Assembly: GCA_040876265.1 (NCBI GenBank) | Contig: JBBDPN010000001.1 | Coordinates: 374,208 to 438,207 of the forward strand | Reading direction: 5' to 3' | Origin: Candidatus Woykebacteria bacterium | Lineage (GTDB): Bacteria > Patescibacteriota > Microgenomatia > Woykebacterales > RBG-16-39-9b | Length of the DNA: 64,000 nucleotides | Part shown: one piece after another, positions 38,764 through 48,358 of the stretch | Position numbering within the stretch: the stretch's first letter is position 1 | How the letters are laid out: every line of letters starts with the position of its first letter | Program-made: the position numbers and the translations under genes | Notes under the pieces: model-generated | The model's input: the letters and a program-made list of their open reading frames with translations, nothing else | Told to the model about the DNA's origin: nothing | Database searches by the model: none

Positions 38764-39459
38764 TTACTTTTTCTTTGTTTGTTTCTGCTTGGAACCCTTC
38801 TGTTTACTATCACTTACGACTCTCCCTTTTTGGATTTCTAATTTTCGGTGAGGCAACCCACCGGTTATATCAATATTATGAGTCGCCATAACTACGGTGG
38901 TACCAAGGCTATTTAGCCTGCCAAGCAGCTGCATCACTTCCCAAGCACTAGCGGTATCTAAATTTCCAGTTGGCTCGTCGGCCAAAATAATCTCCGGACG
39001 CAATACCATCGCGCGAGCTATGGCTGTCCTTTGGGCCTCACCGCCGGAAAGTTGGAATGGAAACTGCCTTGTCTTTTCTCTCAAACTAACAAGCTCGAGA
39101 GTTTCCTCTACCACCTTTTCAATCTCCTCGTCATCAAGCCCCAGGATTTCAAGTGGGAAGGCTACATTTTCAAACACTGTTCTTTGAGGTAGCAGTTTAA
39201 AATCCTGGAAAATAGTTCCTACCCTTCGGCGCAAATGGGGAATATCAGAATCTTTAAGGATGGTGATATCTACTCCATCAACAAAAATTTGCCCCTTTGT
39301 AGGGATATCTTCTCGTATTATTAATTTCAATAGTGTGGATTTTCCAGCGCCGGTTGGACCAACCAAAAAAACAAACTCGGCTGGATCGATTTCTAAAGAT
39401 ATATCCGCCAAAGCAGCGTGCGAATTATAGTTTTTTGAAACACCTTGGAAAGCTATCAT
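38764..39459 (-). CDS. ftsE: Cell-division ABC transporter ATPase FtsE
   Basis: Walker A GPTGAGKST, ABC signature LSGGEAQR and Walker B ILADEPTGNLD. Length is 231 aa. Confidence 0.9.
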   Translation of the reverse strand: MIAFQGVSKNYNSHAALADISLEIDPAEFVFLVGPTGAGKSTLLKLIIREDIPTKGQIFVDGVDITILKDSDIPHLRRRVGTIFQDFKLLPQRTVFENVAFPLEILGLDDEEIEKVVEETLELVSLREKTRQFPFQLSGGEAQRTAIARAMVLRPEIILADEPTGNLDTASAWEVMQLLGRLNSLGTTVVMATHNIDITGGLPHRKLEIQKGRVVSDSKQKGSKQKQTKKK

Positions 39460-39587
39460 AGGCAGACACTTGCTTATCTTATATCCTCTAGAATACCAGA
39501 AGCGAACCTAAAAAACAAGCTGTAAAGAAGAGAGTATTGATCCTCTAGTATTAGCTTGGTTGACAAAGAAGTGTTCGATTTTTCATA

Positions 39588-40736
39588 ATGGCCCAAATGA
39601 AGCAGCTACTCTCTTTTGTAACTCTTAGCTTCGTATCAACTTTATTTTTTGTTCCTCAGATAACAGCAGAGGAAAACAAAGTGAAGATCAACGAATTTGC
39701 CGCGGTAACAGCTGGAAAAAGCCCGGATCTGGATTGGGTAGAGCTTTACAGTGACACCAACAACCCTATCTCGCTTGAAGGTTGGGAGCTGAGGGACTCG
39801 TTGGACAGCAGTCCAAAAAAACTATCCGGTTGTATCAAATCTGGTGGTTTTAGGAAGTTTGATTTTTCCAACCGGCTGAACAATTCTGGAGACAAAATCA
39901 GGTTGTTTAGCGACAAGGGTATTATGGTGGACGCAATCGAGTATTTTTCTGATCAAGTTCCCTCTCACCAAAAGGGAGCTTCCACTGGTAGAGAGCCGGA
40001 CGGTAGCGGTGATTGGCAAGTTTTTTCGACACCTACCCCAACCAACACTTCTTGTACGCAACAAAATGGGCAAAAAACCACCTCCTCGACGAATTTGAAG
40101 GTCTCTCTTTCGGAAATTTTCCCCAACCCAGAAAAGGGTGGTCAAGAATGGGTGGAGATATATAATCCTAACTTCTCCTCTGTAAATTTGAGCAATTGGA
40201 GTCTGGTAGACGCCGCCGACCACAAAAAAACACTATCAGGGGCGGTCTCAGCCAAATCCTACAAGGTTTTTAGGTACAGTAGCGGTTGGTTAAACAATGG
40301 CGGTGATGGTGTCACTTTGATCAACGCTGCAAGTAATAAAATAGAAAAATATACTTTTGGAGCCGCTGACAAAGGTGTTTCTTTTGCTAAAGATAGCAAC
40401 GGCAAATGGCACGTTACAATTACCCCAACCCCAGGTAAAGCCAACAAAATTAGTACCACCAACTCTGGTAATTTATCATCGTCCGCCAACCAAACTGAAA
40501 TGTCTGTTGACCTAAGTACTACTACTGGTTTAGACCAAAGCGTTGATTTTCTTAGTGGCGGCTTCCAAATTGATGCGCCCTCAGCTTTTTCTAGCCAAGA
40601 AGAGGGCGCAGTGGCTGGTATAAATAAGGAATCAGATAAATCTTCGTCCATAGCTACTTTACTGATTGCAAGCGGTATTGCTCTTGTTGGTACCGCTATT
40701 GCCTGGCCCTTTTTGGAAAGAATGAAAATCATATGA
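39588..40736 (+). CDS. Secreted lamin-tail-domain (LTD) protein with C-terminal membrane anchor
   Basis: It has a signal peptide. Two LTD-like repeats are present (INEFAAV...DWVELYSDTNNPISLEGWELRD; LSEIFPNPEKGGQEWVEIYNPNFSSVNLSNWSLVD). There is a C-terminal hydrophobic segment. Confidence 0.6.
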   Translation: MAQMKQLLSFVTLSFVSTLFFVPQITAEENKVKINEFAAVTAGKSPDLDWVELYSDTNNPISLEGWELRDSLDSSPKKLSGCIKSGGFRKFDFSNRLNNSGDKIRLFSDKGIMVDAIEYFSDQVPSHQKGASTGREPDGSGDWQVFSTPTPTNTSCTQQNGQKTTSSTNLKVSLSEIFPNPEKGGQEWVEIYNPNFSSVNLSNWSLVDAADHKKTLSGAVSAKSYKVFRYSSGWLNNGGDGVTLINAASNKIEKYTFGAADKGVSFAKDSNGKWHVTITPTPGKANKISTTNSGNLSSSANQTEMSVDLSTTTGLDQSVDFLSGGFQIDAPSAFSSQEEGAVAGINKESDKSSSIATLLIASGIALVGTAIAWPFLERMKII

Positions 40737-41185
40737 AACAGAAAGAATTTATCTCAAAATCGATTGAGGAAACACAAGAGTTTGCAAAAAAATTTGCAGG
40801 AAGATTAAAACCCGGTGATATCGTAGCTCTTTACGGAGGGCTGGGTGCCGGGAAAACTGCCTTTGTCCAAGGGTTGGCTAAGGGGCTTGGGTATGGGGAA
40901 AGGGTGTTTTCACCGACCTTTATTTTTGTCCGACCTTACAAACTAAACTCAAAAGGCAAAGGGCAAAGGGCAAAAATAAACACGCTGTATCACATTGACT
41001 TGTATAGAATTGAGAAACCGGTTGAACTAAAATCTGTTGGGATAGAGGAATTTTTAAGCGATAAAAAAGCGGCCTCGGTCATAGAATGGCCAGAAAGAAT
41101 TGGGAATCTGCCTCCTGGAAAAACAATCAAAATAAAAATTGGAGCTGTAAGTGAAACTGAAAGAAAAATTACGTGGAGCGAGTAA
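40733..41185 (+). CDS. tsaE: tRNA t6A37 biosynthesis ATPase TsaE (YjeE)
   Basis: GDIVALYGGLGAGKTAFVQGLAKGLG is the TsaE P-loop. Length is 150 aa. It overlaps the LTD gene by 4 nt (ATGA). Confidence 0.8.
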   Translation: MKQKEFISKSIEETQEFAKKFAGRLKPGDIVALYGGLGAGKTAFVQGLAKGLGYGERVFSPTFIFVRPYKLNSKGKGQRAKINTLYHIDLYRIEKPVELKSVGIEEFLSDKKAASVIEWPERIGNLPPGKTIKIKIGAVSETERKITWSE

Positions 41186-42296
41186 GCAAGTAGTCGGCTG
41201 CTTCCAATAAGTAGCCCCTGCCCTCCTCCGATAATCTAGAGTGGTAGATGGCTAGTTTGGCCGCGTCTATGAGATTGCTGGAAAGTCTTTGTGAGTATTC
41301 TAAAGCTCCGCAACTACGAATAATATCCCGAGCACTTTCAATTTCATTTTTGCTTACCCTTCTGTTACCAATGGTTTTTGCCAATATTTGCTGATCTGCA
41401 GCTTTAGAAAATTCATACGCTTTAATCACCAAGAGGGTTTGTTTACCCTCCTTTAGATCAGCGTCAACGGGTTTTCCTATTCTTTCTTCGTCACCAAATG
41501 TCCCCATAATATCATCTTGGATTTGAAATGCCTGTCCGAGAGGCAAACCATAGTCGGTAAACACTTTAAAACTACTTTCATCCGCACCGGCAAGGGAAGC
41601 TCCAATATGCAGCGGTCTTTCGATCGTATATTTGGCTGTTTTGTATTCTAGGATGGTCAAAAGATCATTTTCGCTTATTTTACCTTTGTTTGGCGCTAAA
41701 ACATCCAAATATTCACCGTAAATTACTTGCTTTTTCATAAGATCGTAGTAATTTTTGGCGCGTCTTATCCTTTCCGCTGGAAACGGCGCCGTATTCAATA
41801 TCTCGTCGGCAAAGGCGAGAGCAAGATCGCCAGCCAAAACAGCTGTGGATATTCCAAATTCATTGGGGTTACCTTTAAAACCTCTTTTTCGATGGAAATC
41901 CTCAAATGCTTTGTGTACTGAAGGCCGACCACGGCGAAGATCTGACTTGTCAATAATATCATCGTGGATAAGAGCAAAGGCGTGTAGTAATTCAAGCGCG
42001 GCAGACGCATATAAAATTGCGTCCAGAGACCTACCACCGCTTGCTACATAGGCTGAATAAGCAAAGGCGGGTCGAACCCTTTTACCTCCTGCAGCAATAA
42101 ATCGACGTACCTGCTCCACTAGCACAGTTGACTCGGGATCTACCCGACTTGCCTCAGCTAACTTTTCATCGAGAAAGGAATTTAGAAATGGATCAAGCTT
42201 ATCTTTATACCAAGAAAGGTGCTTTTTGGCTCTTTCGCTAGAAAGTTTTATAGATTGATTGATCCGAAGCTGCGGGTAAAGAAAAATCTCCTTCAT
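41169..42296 (-). CDS. Polyprenyl diphosphate synthase (trans-IPPS, GGPP/FPP synthase family)
   Basis: The first Asp-rich motif is LIHDDIIDKSDLRRGRP and the second is FQIQDDIMG. Length is 375 aa. Confidence 0.85.
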   Translation of the reverse strand: MKEIFLYPQLRINQSIKLSSERAKKHLSWYKDKLDPFLNSFLDEKLAEASRVDPESTVLVEQVRRFIAAGGKRVRPAFAYSAYVASGGRSLDAILYASAALELLHAFALIHDDIIDKSDLRRGRPSVHKAFEDFHRKRGFKGNPNEFGISTAVLAGDLALAFADEILNTAPFPAERIRRAKNYYDLMKKQVIYGEYLDVLAPNKGKISENDLLTILEYKTAKYTIERPLHIGASLAGADESSFKVFTDYGLPLGQAFQIQDDIMGTFGDEERIGKPVDADLKEGKQTLLVIKAYEFSKAADQQILAKTIGNRRVSKNEIESARDIIRSCGALEYSQRLSSNLIDAAKLAIYHSRLSEEGRGYLLEAADYLLTRST

Positions 42297-42395
42297 CTTT
42301 TTATTCTTTCGGTCCCCTCATTCTACCATAAAACCCGCTGTCAAAGAATCCGCAGCTTGCTTGTTTGGGTAAATCGCGGTAAGATAGATTTTTAG

Positions 42396-43076
42396 ATGAA
42401 CGTCACAGTTATTTCTCTTGGAGGTTCATTGATCGTTCCAAATGGCGGTCCAGACCCCCAATTTTTAAAGGCCTTCCGGAAAACGATTTTAAAATTTACT
42501 GGCGATGGCAGGCGTTTTTTGATAGTCGCCGGCGGTGGTATGACTACTCGTTCTTACCAACAAGCGGCTAAAAAAATAATTGATTTACCAGATGAAGATG
42601 TAGACTGGCTCGGTATCCACGTGACCCATTTGAATGGTCACCTGCTGCGGACAGTATTTAGAGACAAGGCTCATTTGAAAGTGCTGACCCATTACAACGA
42701 AAAGGCAGATATACCAGAACCTATTACTATTGCTGCCGGCTGGAAGCCAGGCCACTCAACCGATTATGATACGGTAATGTTCGCGGCTCTTTATGGTAGC
42801 GACACCGTAGTAAATCTCTCCAACGTCCCTTTTGTTTATGATAAAGATCCGAACGAAAACAAAGATGCCAAGCCTTTAAGAGAAATATCCTGGGGTGATT
42901 TTCGCAAAATTGTCGGAGAGACCTGGATACCCGGTGACAATCTTCCTTTTGATCCGATTGCTAGTAAAAAAGCGCAAGAAGCAAATCTAAAAGTCGTCAT
43001 AATGGATGGGCACAACCTGCAAAATTTTGAAAATTTTCTGCAGGGTAAAGACTTTGAAGGCACAGTGATAAAATAA
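42396..43076 (+). CDS. pyrH: Archaeal-type uridylate kinase (amino-acid-kinase fold)
   Basis: 226 aa. ISLGGSLIVP, LIVAGGGMTTRSY, GWKPGHSTDYD and NVPFVYDKDP parallel archaeal PyrH motifs (GGGKLAR, GTHPGHTTD, NVDGVYTADP). Confidence 0.65.
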   Translation: MNVTVISLGGSLIVPNGGPDPQFLKAFRKTILKFTGDGRRFLIVAGGGMTTRSYQQAAKKIIDLPDEDVDWLGIHVTHLNGHLLRTVFRDKAHLKVLTHYNEKADIPEPITIAAGWKPGHSTDYDTVMFAALYGSDTVVNLSNVPFVYDKDPNENKDAKPLREISWGDFRKIVGETWIPGDNLPFDPIASKKAQEANLKVVIMDGHNLQNFENFLQGKDFEGTVIK

Positions 43077-43293
43077 CTCTTAAAACGGGTACGTCACTCA
43101 TATTTCAGGGTTACGTTTTCAGCTTCGTGATCTCCTCTTCCACTTCCGCCCGTGAGTACCACTCATCCACCCGCGTTATCTGCGGCGGGTATTTGGTTGG
43201 TTAGTATATTACTATTTTATTCCTGGGAATTCAAAGGTAGCTAAAAAGCAACCACCTTGTCCCGCCTTGAGGCTCTAGGATATAATATAGGTA

Positions 43294-43812
43294 GTGAAAA
43301 TTACAGTAACAGCAGGGAGTGGTACTGGTAGTACCACTCTTTCCGCCTTTGACACTGCGCTGAAAGAGGCAGGGATACACAATTACAATATTATCAAGCT
43401 TAGTTCGGTAATCCCACCGGAAAGTGAAGTAGTGGTAAAAAAATGGAAAAATGCGCCAACTGAACATGGTAAGAAGCTTTACACTGTACTTGCCGAAATC
43501 CGCTCTGATCTACTGGGCCGCACTATTGCTGCTGGGATTGGTTGGTACCAAACCAAAGATGGTCGCGGTATTTTTGCCGAACATCATGACATTATCGAAA
43601 GTCTAAATACAAAAGAAGCTGAGGAGAACGTAGCCAAAAAAATAGAAAGTACTGTGAGAGATCTTTGTAAAAATAGGTCCTATCCTTTCAATAAAAGAAA
43701 TTTCAAAACAGTCATCTCTTCTGCTGAGGTGAGGGACAAACCTACTTGTACTCTAGTCGCCGCCGTCTACGAATCTCAAGATTTTGATGCAAGTTCCCCA
43801 ACTATAGGTTGA
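43294..43812 (+). CDS. pdaD: Pyruvoyl-dependent arginine decarboxylase
   Basis: GTG start. KITVTAGSGTGSTTLSAFDTALKEAGIHNYNIIKLSSVIPP matches PdaD, including the Ser-Ser self-cleavage site. Length is 172 aa. The -10 hexamer TATAAT ends 7 nt before the start codon. Confidence 0.75.
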   Translation: MKITVTAGSGTGSTTLSAFDTALKEAGIHNYNIIKLSSVIPPESEVVVKKWKNAPTEHGKKLYTVLAEIRSDLLGRTIAAGIGWYQTKDGRGIFAEHHDIIESLNTKEAEENVAKKIESTVRDLCKNRSYPFNKRNFKTVISSAEVRDKPTCTLVAAVYESQDFDASSPTIG

Positions 43813-43895
43813 AAACCCTGTAGTTTCGTGGTACAATCACAACCATCGCACCTGGGCTTTTGCCCACTAAATCCATACCTACGAAAGGAGAGACC

Positions 43896-45104
43896 ATGAA
43901 CATCCGTAGTTGGTTCGCGCTGGTAATAATGGTTCTGGTTACCTTCGTTGGTACCTGGAACCTACTAATATTCGCTCCACTGCAACCTTTCATCGCCTTT
44001 GACCTAGGCGTGAGCATTGGCGAGGCCGCACAGTTGACAACGGCGTCGGCTGGGTTCGCCGTCATGACCCTGGTGGTCTTCGGGCTGTTTGGGTCGCGAG
44101 CGTCAATGCGACACCTGATTTGGGTTGGGCTGATATCCATGGTGGTGGGGTCGCTGCTGCTCACGACAACGAAGGATTACACGCTGTTGCTGCTTATCCG
44201 TTTCTTCAACGGCGCAGCCGACGGTCTCATCTACCCTGCTGCTTGGGTCGCGCTAGGCCACTACCTTCCCAAGGAGAAGCAAGACACGTGGGGCATTGCG
44301 GCTATTATCGCTGGGACTGGGGTGGCTTCCTTTGTAGGATTGCCTCTAACCGCATGGTTCCTAAACGATCACAGTTGGCAGTTTGCGGTAACCATCATGG
44401 CAATGGTAGGGTCGGGGGTGTTTCTAATCAGTCTCACACTTCCACCAACGCCAAGGTTGGTGTACAAGGAGAAGCTCGGAGGTTTCAGTACCATTCTGGG
44501 CGACCGAAATCTGTTCCTGCTGCTGCTCGCGAACATCTTTGGTGCGGCCTCTTGGTTTGGCGCACTTGCCTTCGTTGGCAGCTTTATTGTCCAGACTTAC
44601 AGCCCCAGTCTGAACGATCTAGCGTGGTTCTTCGTGATCGCTGGAGGCTTGTTCACCGTTACGGTTGTGGCAACGGGTGTCTTGGCTGTAACGCCAAAAC
44701 TGCAAAAAGCTGCAAGCATTGGCTCGAGCATTCTAGTGGTCCCGATGACAATGGTTTTCTTTGGGATCACCGAGGGCTTTTGGCTAACAGCTGGGCTGGC
44801 TGCCGCTTTCGCGGTATTTAGAGCACCGGGCGTAACAAGCCTCGAGTCTCTACTTTTTGCAGCGTCTGAAAAGACAACTGCAAGGGTGCCAGCGATTGCT
44901 GCTTTGGACTCACCCACCTACTTAGGCACTATGGGGGCTGCCGCTATTGGTGGGATTGTCCTGTCCCAATCCACGTATTTCGGGATCGGAGTGATCTTTG
45001 CAGCCTCAGCAGCACTGTCGCTAGCTTTCCTGCTGATGTACAGGACGGACGCCGTTGCATCTGAGGAGCCACGAAAAACAGTCGAAGAGAAAGTAGCTAC
45101 CTAA
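43896..45104 (+). CDS. MFS transporter
   Basis: The 402-aa protein has 12 predicted TM helices. The SD AAAGGAG precedes ATG 43896. GC is about 55-57%, against a ~38-40% background. Confidence 0.8.
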   Translation: MNIRSWFALVIMVLVTFVGTWNLLIFAPLQPFIAFDLGVSIGEAAQLTTASAGFAVMTLVVFGLFGSRASMRHLIWVGLISMVVGSLLLTTTKDYTLLLLIRFFNGAADGLIYPAAWVALGHYLPKEKQDTWGIAAIIAGTGVASFVGLPLTAWFLNDHSWQFAVTIMAMVGSGVFLISLTLPPTPRLVYKEKLGGFSTILGDRNLFLLLLANIFGAASWFGALAFVGSFIVQTYSPSLNDLAWFFVIAGGLFTVTVVATGVLAVTPKLQKAASIGSSILVVPMTMVFFGITEGFWLTAGLAAAFAVFRAPGVTSLESLLFAASEKTTARVPAIAALDSPTYLGTMGAAAIGGIVLSQSTYFGIGVIFAASAALSLAFLLMYRTDAVASEEPRKTVEEKVAT

Positions 45105-45115
45105 GGAGGTCTGGC

Positions 45116-45676
45116 TTGACTACCAGCGAAATCGGACCTAGAGTCGATGTCATAACAGAGGGGTTCACTGCGGAGAAGATCGAGCAATTCTGGCAGGAGT
45201 ATGATGCTGCCTTTTCGGCGATCAGCGATCGTAACCCATGCCGGCAGTATTACCATAAACCAGAATTTGTATCAGCGATGGTAGATCCCACCTTTGTGAA
45301 GATTGTGGGGTACAGAGAAGATCGGCTGGCTTTCTTTGCTATGGGTACTGAGGACTTGGACAAGATCCCATGGATCTCTAGGGCGTTTTACGACCGAGAG
45401 TTCTCGCGATTTATAAACTCCAGGTTCTACGTGCCTGTGGTTTACATACCACTCAACCAGCAAGGTATTGGTGATTCGGGCATCCTGTTCCGCGCGATCC
45501 AATCCTACATGCGCAGCAAGAAACTCCGCCTGGTTCTATACGACCATGGTGGTGCTCCTCCCAACTCGGCACTGACTAGGATCATCCTTGACGTTCCGGG
45601 GACAAAACGAATAGGAGAAGGACCGATAGGCACGCAACTTTACCAAGCGGTCGAGACAATACTTACGGAGGAGTAG
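45116..45676 (+). CDS. Hypothetical protein, possibly GNAT-fold acyltransferase
   Basis: TTG start preceded by the SD AGGAGG. The segment VVYIPLNQQGIGDSGILFRAIQSY resembles GNAT motif A. It is GC-rich and co-oriented with the MFS gene. Confidence 0.3.
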   Translation: MTTSEIGPRVDVITEGFTAEKIEQFWQEYDAAFSAISDRNPCRQYYHKPEFVSAMVDPTFVKIVGYREDRLAFFAMGTEDLDKIPWISRAFYDREFSRFINSRFYVPVVYIPLNQQGIGDSGILFRAIQSYMRSKKLRLVLYDHGGAPPNSALTRIILDVPGTKRIGEGPIGTQLYQAVETILTEE

Positions 45677-45740
45677 CGTGCCGCTCCTCCAACCACCCCA
45701 ACCTTGTTTAGGCATAATACTTGTGTTAATCTAAACTTAG

Positions 45741-48065
45741 ATGCAACTCAGCGGATTTGTATTAATTCTCACCTTTATTACTTCCTTATTCCTGGGAATT
45801 TTCATAATCTATAAGAATCGAAGAGATTTACGTAACGTTACTTTTGGTGTTTTTACACTTACGATGGCCACCTGGGTACTTGTGAATTTCTTCGCAGATG
45901 CTGCCCAGACAACCGAACAGGCAACATTTTGGGCAAGAATGGCGATAGTAACACCATCATTCATGCCATTTTTGTTGCTTTTATTTTCAAATATATTTCC
46001 GACTCAGGAAAAACCGCTAAGTAAAATCCACTGGTTTTTGCTTTCAATACCAGCTTTAATATTTTTATTATTGAGTCCAACCCATTTAAATGTGGAGCGC
46101 GAGATCATTACTGAGACTGGAAGGGAGCTTATTGTTGGCCCGCTATATACACCTTTTCTAGTATATTTTGCACTGTACATAGTTGGAACAATATTCAATC
46201 TTTTCAGAAAATACAGAAAATCAACAGGGTTAGAAAAACTTCAAATCCAGTACCTAGTACTGGGGCTGATCGCAGCTGTGGGTTTTGCACTGTTATTTAG
46301 TGTTCTCCTTCCCATCTTAGGAATCTCCTCCTTAATTAGTTTCAGTCCTCTTGCCTCATTATTCTTGGTAGGGTCGGTTTCCTATGCAATAGTTAGACAC
46401 AGACTACTGGATATAGAAGTCATAATACGGCGGTCGCTTGTTTACTCGACGCTTCTGGCTTCCCTCATCGCCATCTACTCAGGATTGGTCTTCGTCCTCA
46501 ATAGCTTCTTTCTACCAGGCGAAACCGGCGTCTTCCCCCGAGTCACAGATGTAATCGCCATCATCTTGGTCGCGTTTACCATTGACCCACTACGCAGAGT
46601 GATCGAGCGTTCTACCGATAAAGTTTTCTTCAAAAAGCGCTACAACGCTCAAGAAACCATCAAACAACTTTCCGAAACTTTGGTTTCCGAAATTGACCTG
46701 GCTCGTCTGGTGGGAGAGATAAAAAAGGTCCTCACCGAGTCATTAAAGGTAAGCAAACTTTCTATCTATATCCGTAGTGATCACGAATTTTTCCCGGCGG
46801 CTATTGTAAATGATTTCCCAACTAGTCTTGGTACCGCAGTCGAGAAAAAGCACTTAATCACCAAGTACTTAGTTGATCATCATGATATCTTGATCATGGA
46901 TGAACTGGAGCGAATGCAAAAAGAAGGCAAAAGACTCGATCCACAGCTAGCTGATGCGATGAAGCTGCTTTCCAAGGCAGGGGTAGAGGTAGTCGTTCCC
47001 CTTATCGTAAAGGGAAACCTAAACGGAGCTATGTTTTTGGGCGAAAAGCTGTCCCAAGATATTTACAGCAACACCGATATTGGATTTTTAGAAATTCTTT
47101 CTCGCCAAGCCGCCCTTTCGCTAGAAAACGCCAAGCTTTATGAAGAGCAAAAACTTTATGGCGTAAGGCTTACAAAAGAGGTGGAGCGCGCCACCAGTGA
47201 TCTACGACACGCAAATGAACGTCTGAAAGAGCTGGACGAACTCAAAGATGAATTTATGTCTATCGCGAGCCATGAACTGCGCACCCCAATGACGGCAATA
47301 AAATCTTATGTTTGGCTTGCTCTTCACGGCAAAGTAAGCGAAAAAGATCCTAAGGTTCGCACTTATCTGGACAAAGTATTTGAATCTTCGGAACGCATGA
47401 TCAGCATGATAAATGACATGCTCAATGTTTCCAGAATTGAAACCGGAAGGCTAAAGCTAGAGATACTACCCATCTCTATTTGGAAAGTGGCGGAGGAGGT
47501 TAAGGATGAGCTTAACGCTCGAGCTGCCGAAGCCGGTGTGGACATAATCATTAAAAAAGATACTTTTGCGCCGCTGGTAATGGCAGATCGAGACAAGCTA
47601 ACCGAGATCTACACCAACCTTATCGGCAACTCTCTGAAATTTACCCAAAGTGGTGGGAAAGTCACTGTCAGTGCTCAGAAAAAGGGCAACGTAGTGGAAG
47701 TATACATCGCCGATACCGGAGTTGGTATTGCCAAAGAAAATATTGGCAAGCTCTTCAAAAAATATGGCAAACTCAACGAATCCTACGCTACTGTTTCATC
47801 TTCCACCGGTACCGGTCTTGGTCTTTATATCACCAAGCAGTATCTTGAAAAGATGGACGGATACATCAAGGTGGAATCCACTCTTGGAAGGGGAACCAAC
47901 TTCACTTTCGCTCTACCGATTGCCACCGGTAAAGACTTGCAAAAACACGCTGAGGAGGAAGAGGTACCAACTGGGGTATTTCTAAATCCAAAACTCGCCA
48001 AAACATTTGCTGCCCATGAAGAAGCAGTAAAGGCAGAAATCGGCCGCTCGCCTTCAAAAAAGTAA
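45741..48065 (+). CDS. Sensor histidine kinase with large N-terminal polytopic membrane sensor domain
   Basis: The first ~280 aa hold about 8 TM helices. A GAF-like middle region follows. HisKA is SHELRTPMTAI and HATPase_c is GTGLGLYI with GGKVTV. No response regulator is adjacent. Confidence 0.85.
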   Translation: MQLSGFVLILTFITSLFLGIFIIYKNRRDLRNVTFGVFTLTMATWVLVNFFADAAQTTEQATFWARMAIVTPSFMPFLLLLFSNIFPTQEKPLSKIHWFLLSIPALIFLLLSPTHLNVEREIITETGRELIVGPLYTPFLVYFALYIVGTIFNLFRKYRKSTGLEKLQIQYLVLGLIAAVGFALLFSVLLPILGISSLISFSPLASLFLVGSVSYAIVRHRLLDIEVIIRRSLVYSTLLASLIAIYSGLVFVLNSFFLPGETGVFPRVTDVIAIILVAFTIDPLRRVIERSTDKVFFKKRYNAQETIKQLSETLVSEIDLARLVGEIKKVLTESLKVSKLSIYIRSDHEFFPAAIVNDFPTSLGTAVEKKHLITKYLVDHHDILIMDELERMQKEGKRLDPQLADAMKLLSKAGVEVVVPLIVKGNLNGAMFLGEKLSQDIYSNTDIGFLEILSRQAALSLENAKLYEEQKLYGVRLTKEVERATSDLRHANERLKELDELKDEFMSIASHELRTPMTAIKSYVWLALHGKVSEKDPKVRTYLDKVFESSERMISMINDMLNVSRIETGRLKLEILPISIWKVAEEVKDELNARAAEAGVDIIIKKDTFAPLVMADRDKLTEIYTNLIGNSLKFTQSGGKVTVSAQKKGNVVEVYIADTGVGIAKENIGKLFKKYGKLNESYATVSSSTGTGLGLYITKQYLEKMDGYIKVESTLGRGTNFTFALPIATGKDLQKHAEEEEVPTGVFLNPKLAKTFAAHEEAVKAEIGRSPSKK

Positions 48066-48068
48066 CCC

Positions 48069-48353
48069 ATGAGCTTAAAATTGTTCATTAACACCACTAT
48101 AGCCAAGAAAGCAGTCGTTTCCTTGATAGATAAAGGTGATAAGGTAATTGCTCAAGAAAAAGCCGAAGATCCACTGGTAGCACTAGACAAACTGCTGAAA
48201 AAGACCAAAACAAAACTAGAAAATATAGACGAAATCGCCTCTCACCCAGGCCCCGGCTCCTTTACCGGCTTGCGGGTTGGGGCGGCCGTTGCCCAAACTC
48301 TCAATTTTGCTCTGGGCAAAAAAACTAAACCACCTGACCTCAAATACGAATAG
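48069..48353 (+). CDS. tsaB: Truncated TsaB (YeaZ) - N-terminal subdomain only
   Basis: The 94-aa protein aligns with the first ~95 residues of TsaB, including the signature GPGSFTGLRVGAAVAQ. It stops where uppP on the opposite strand ends (5 nt gap). Confidence 0.5.
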   Translation: MSLKLFINTTIAKKAVVSLIDKGDKVIAQEKAEDPLVALDKLLKKTKTKLENIDEIASHPGPGSFTGLRVGAAVAQTLNFALGKKTKPPDLKYE

Positions 48354-48358
48354 CCCTC

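Noticed and set aside
44120-44821. 233-aa + strand ORF, plus several 60-110-aa ORFs inside the MFS gene
   Set aside because: These are alternative-frame shadows typical of GC-rich coding sequence. The frame starting at 43896 gives a coherent 12-TM MFS protein.
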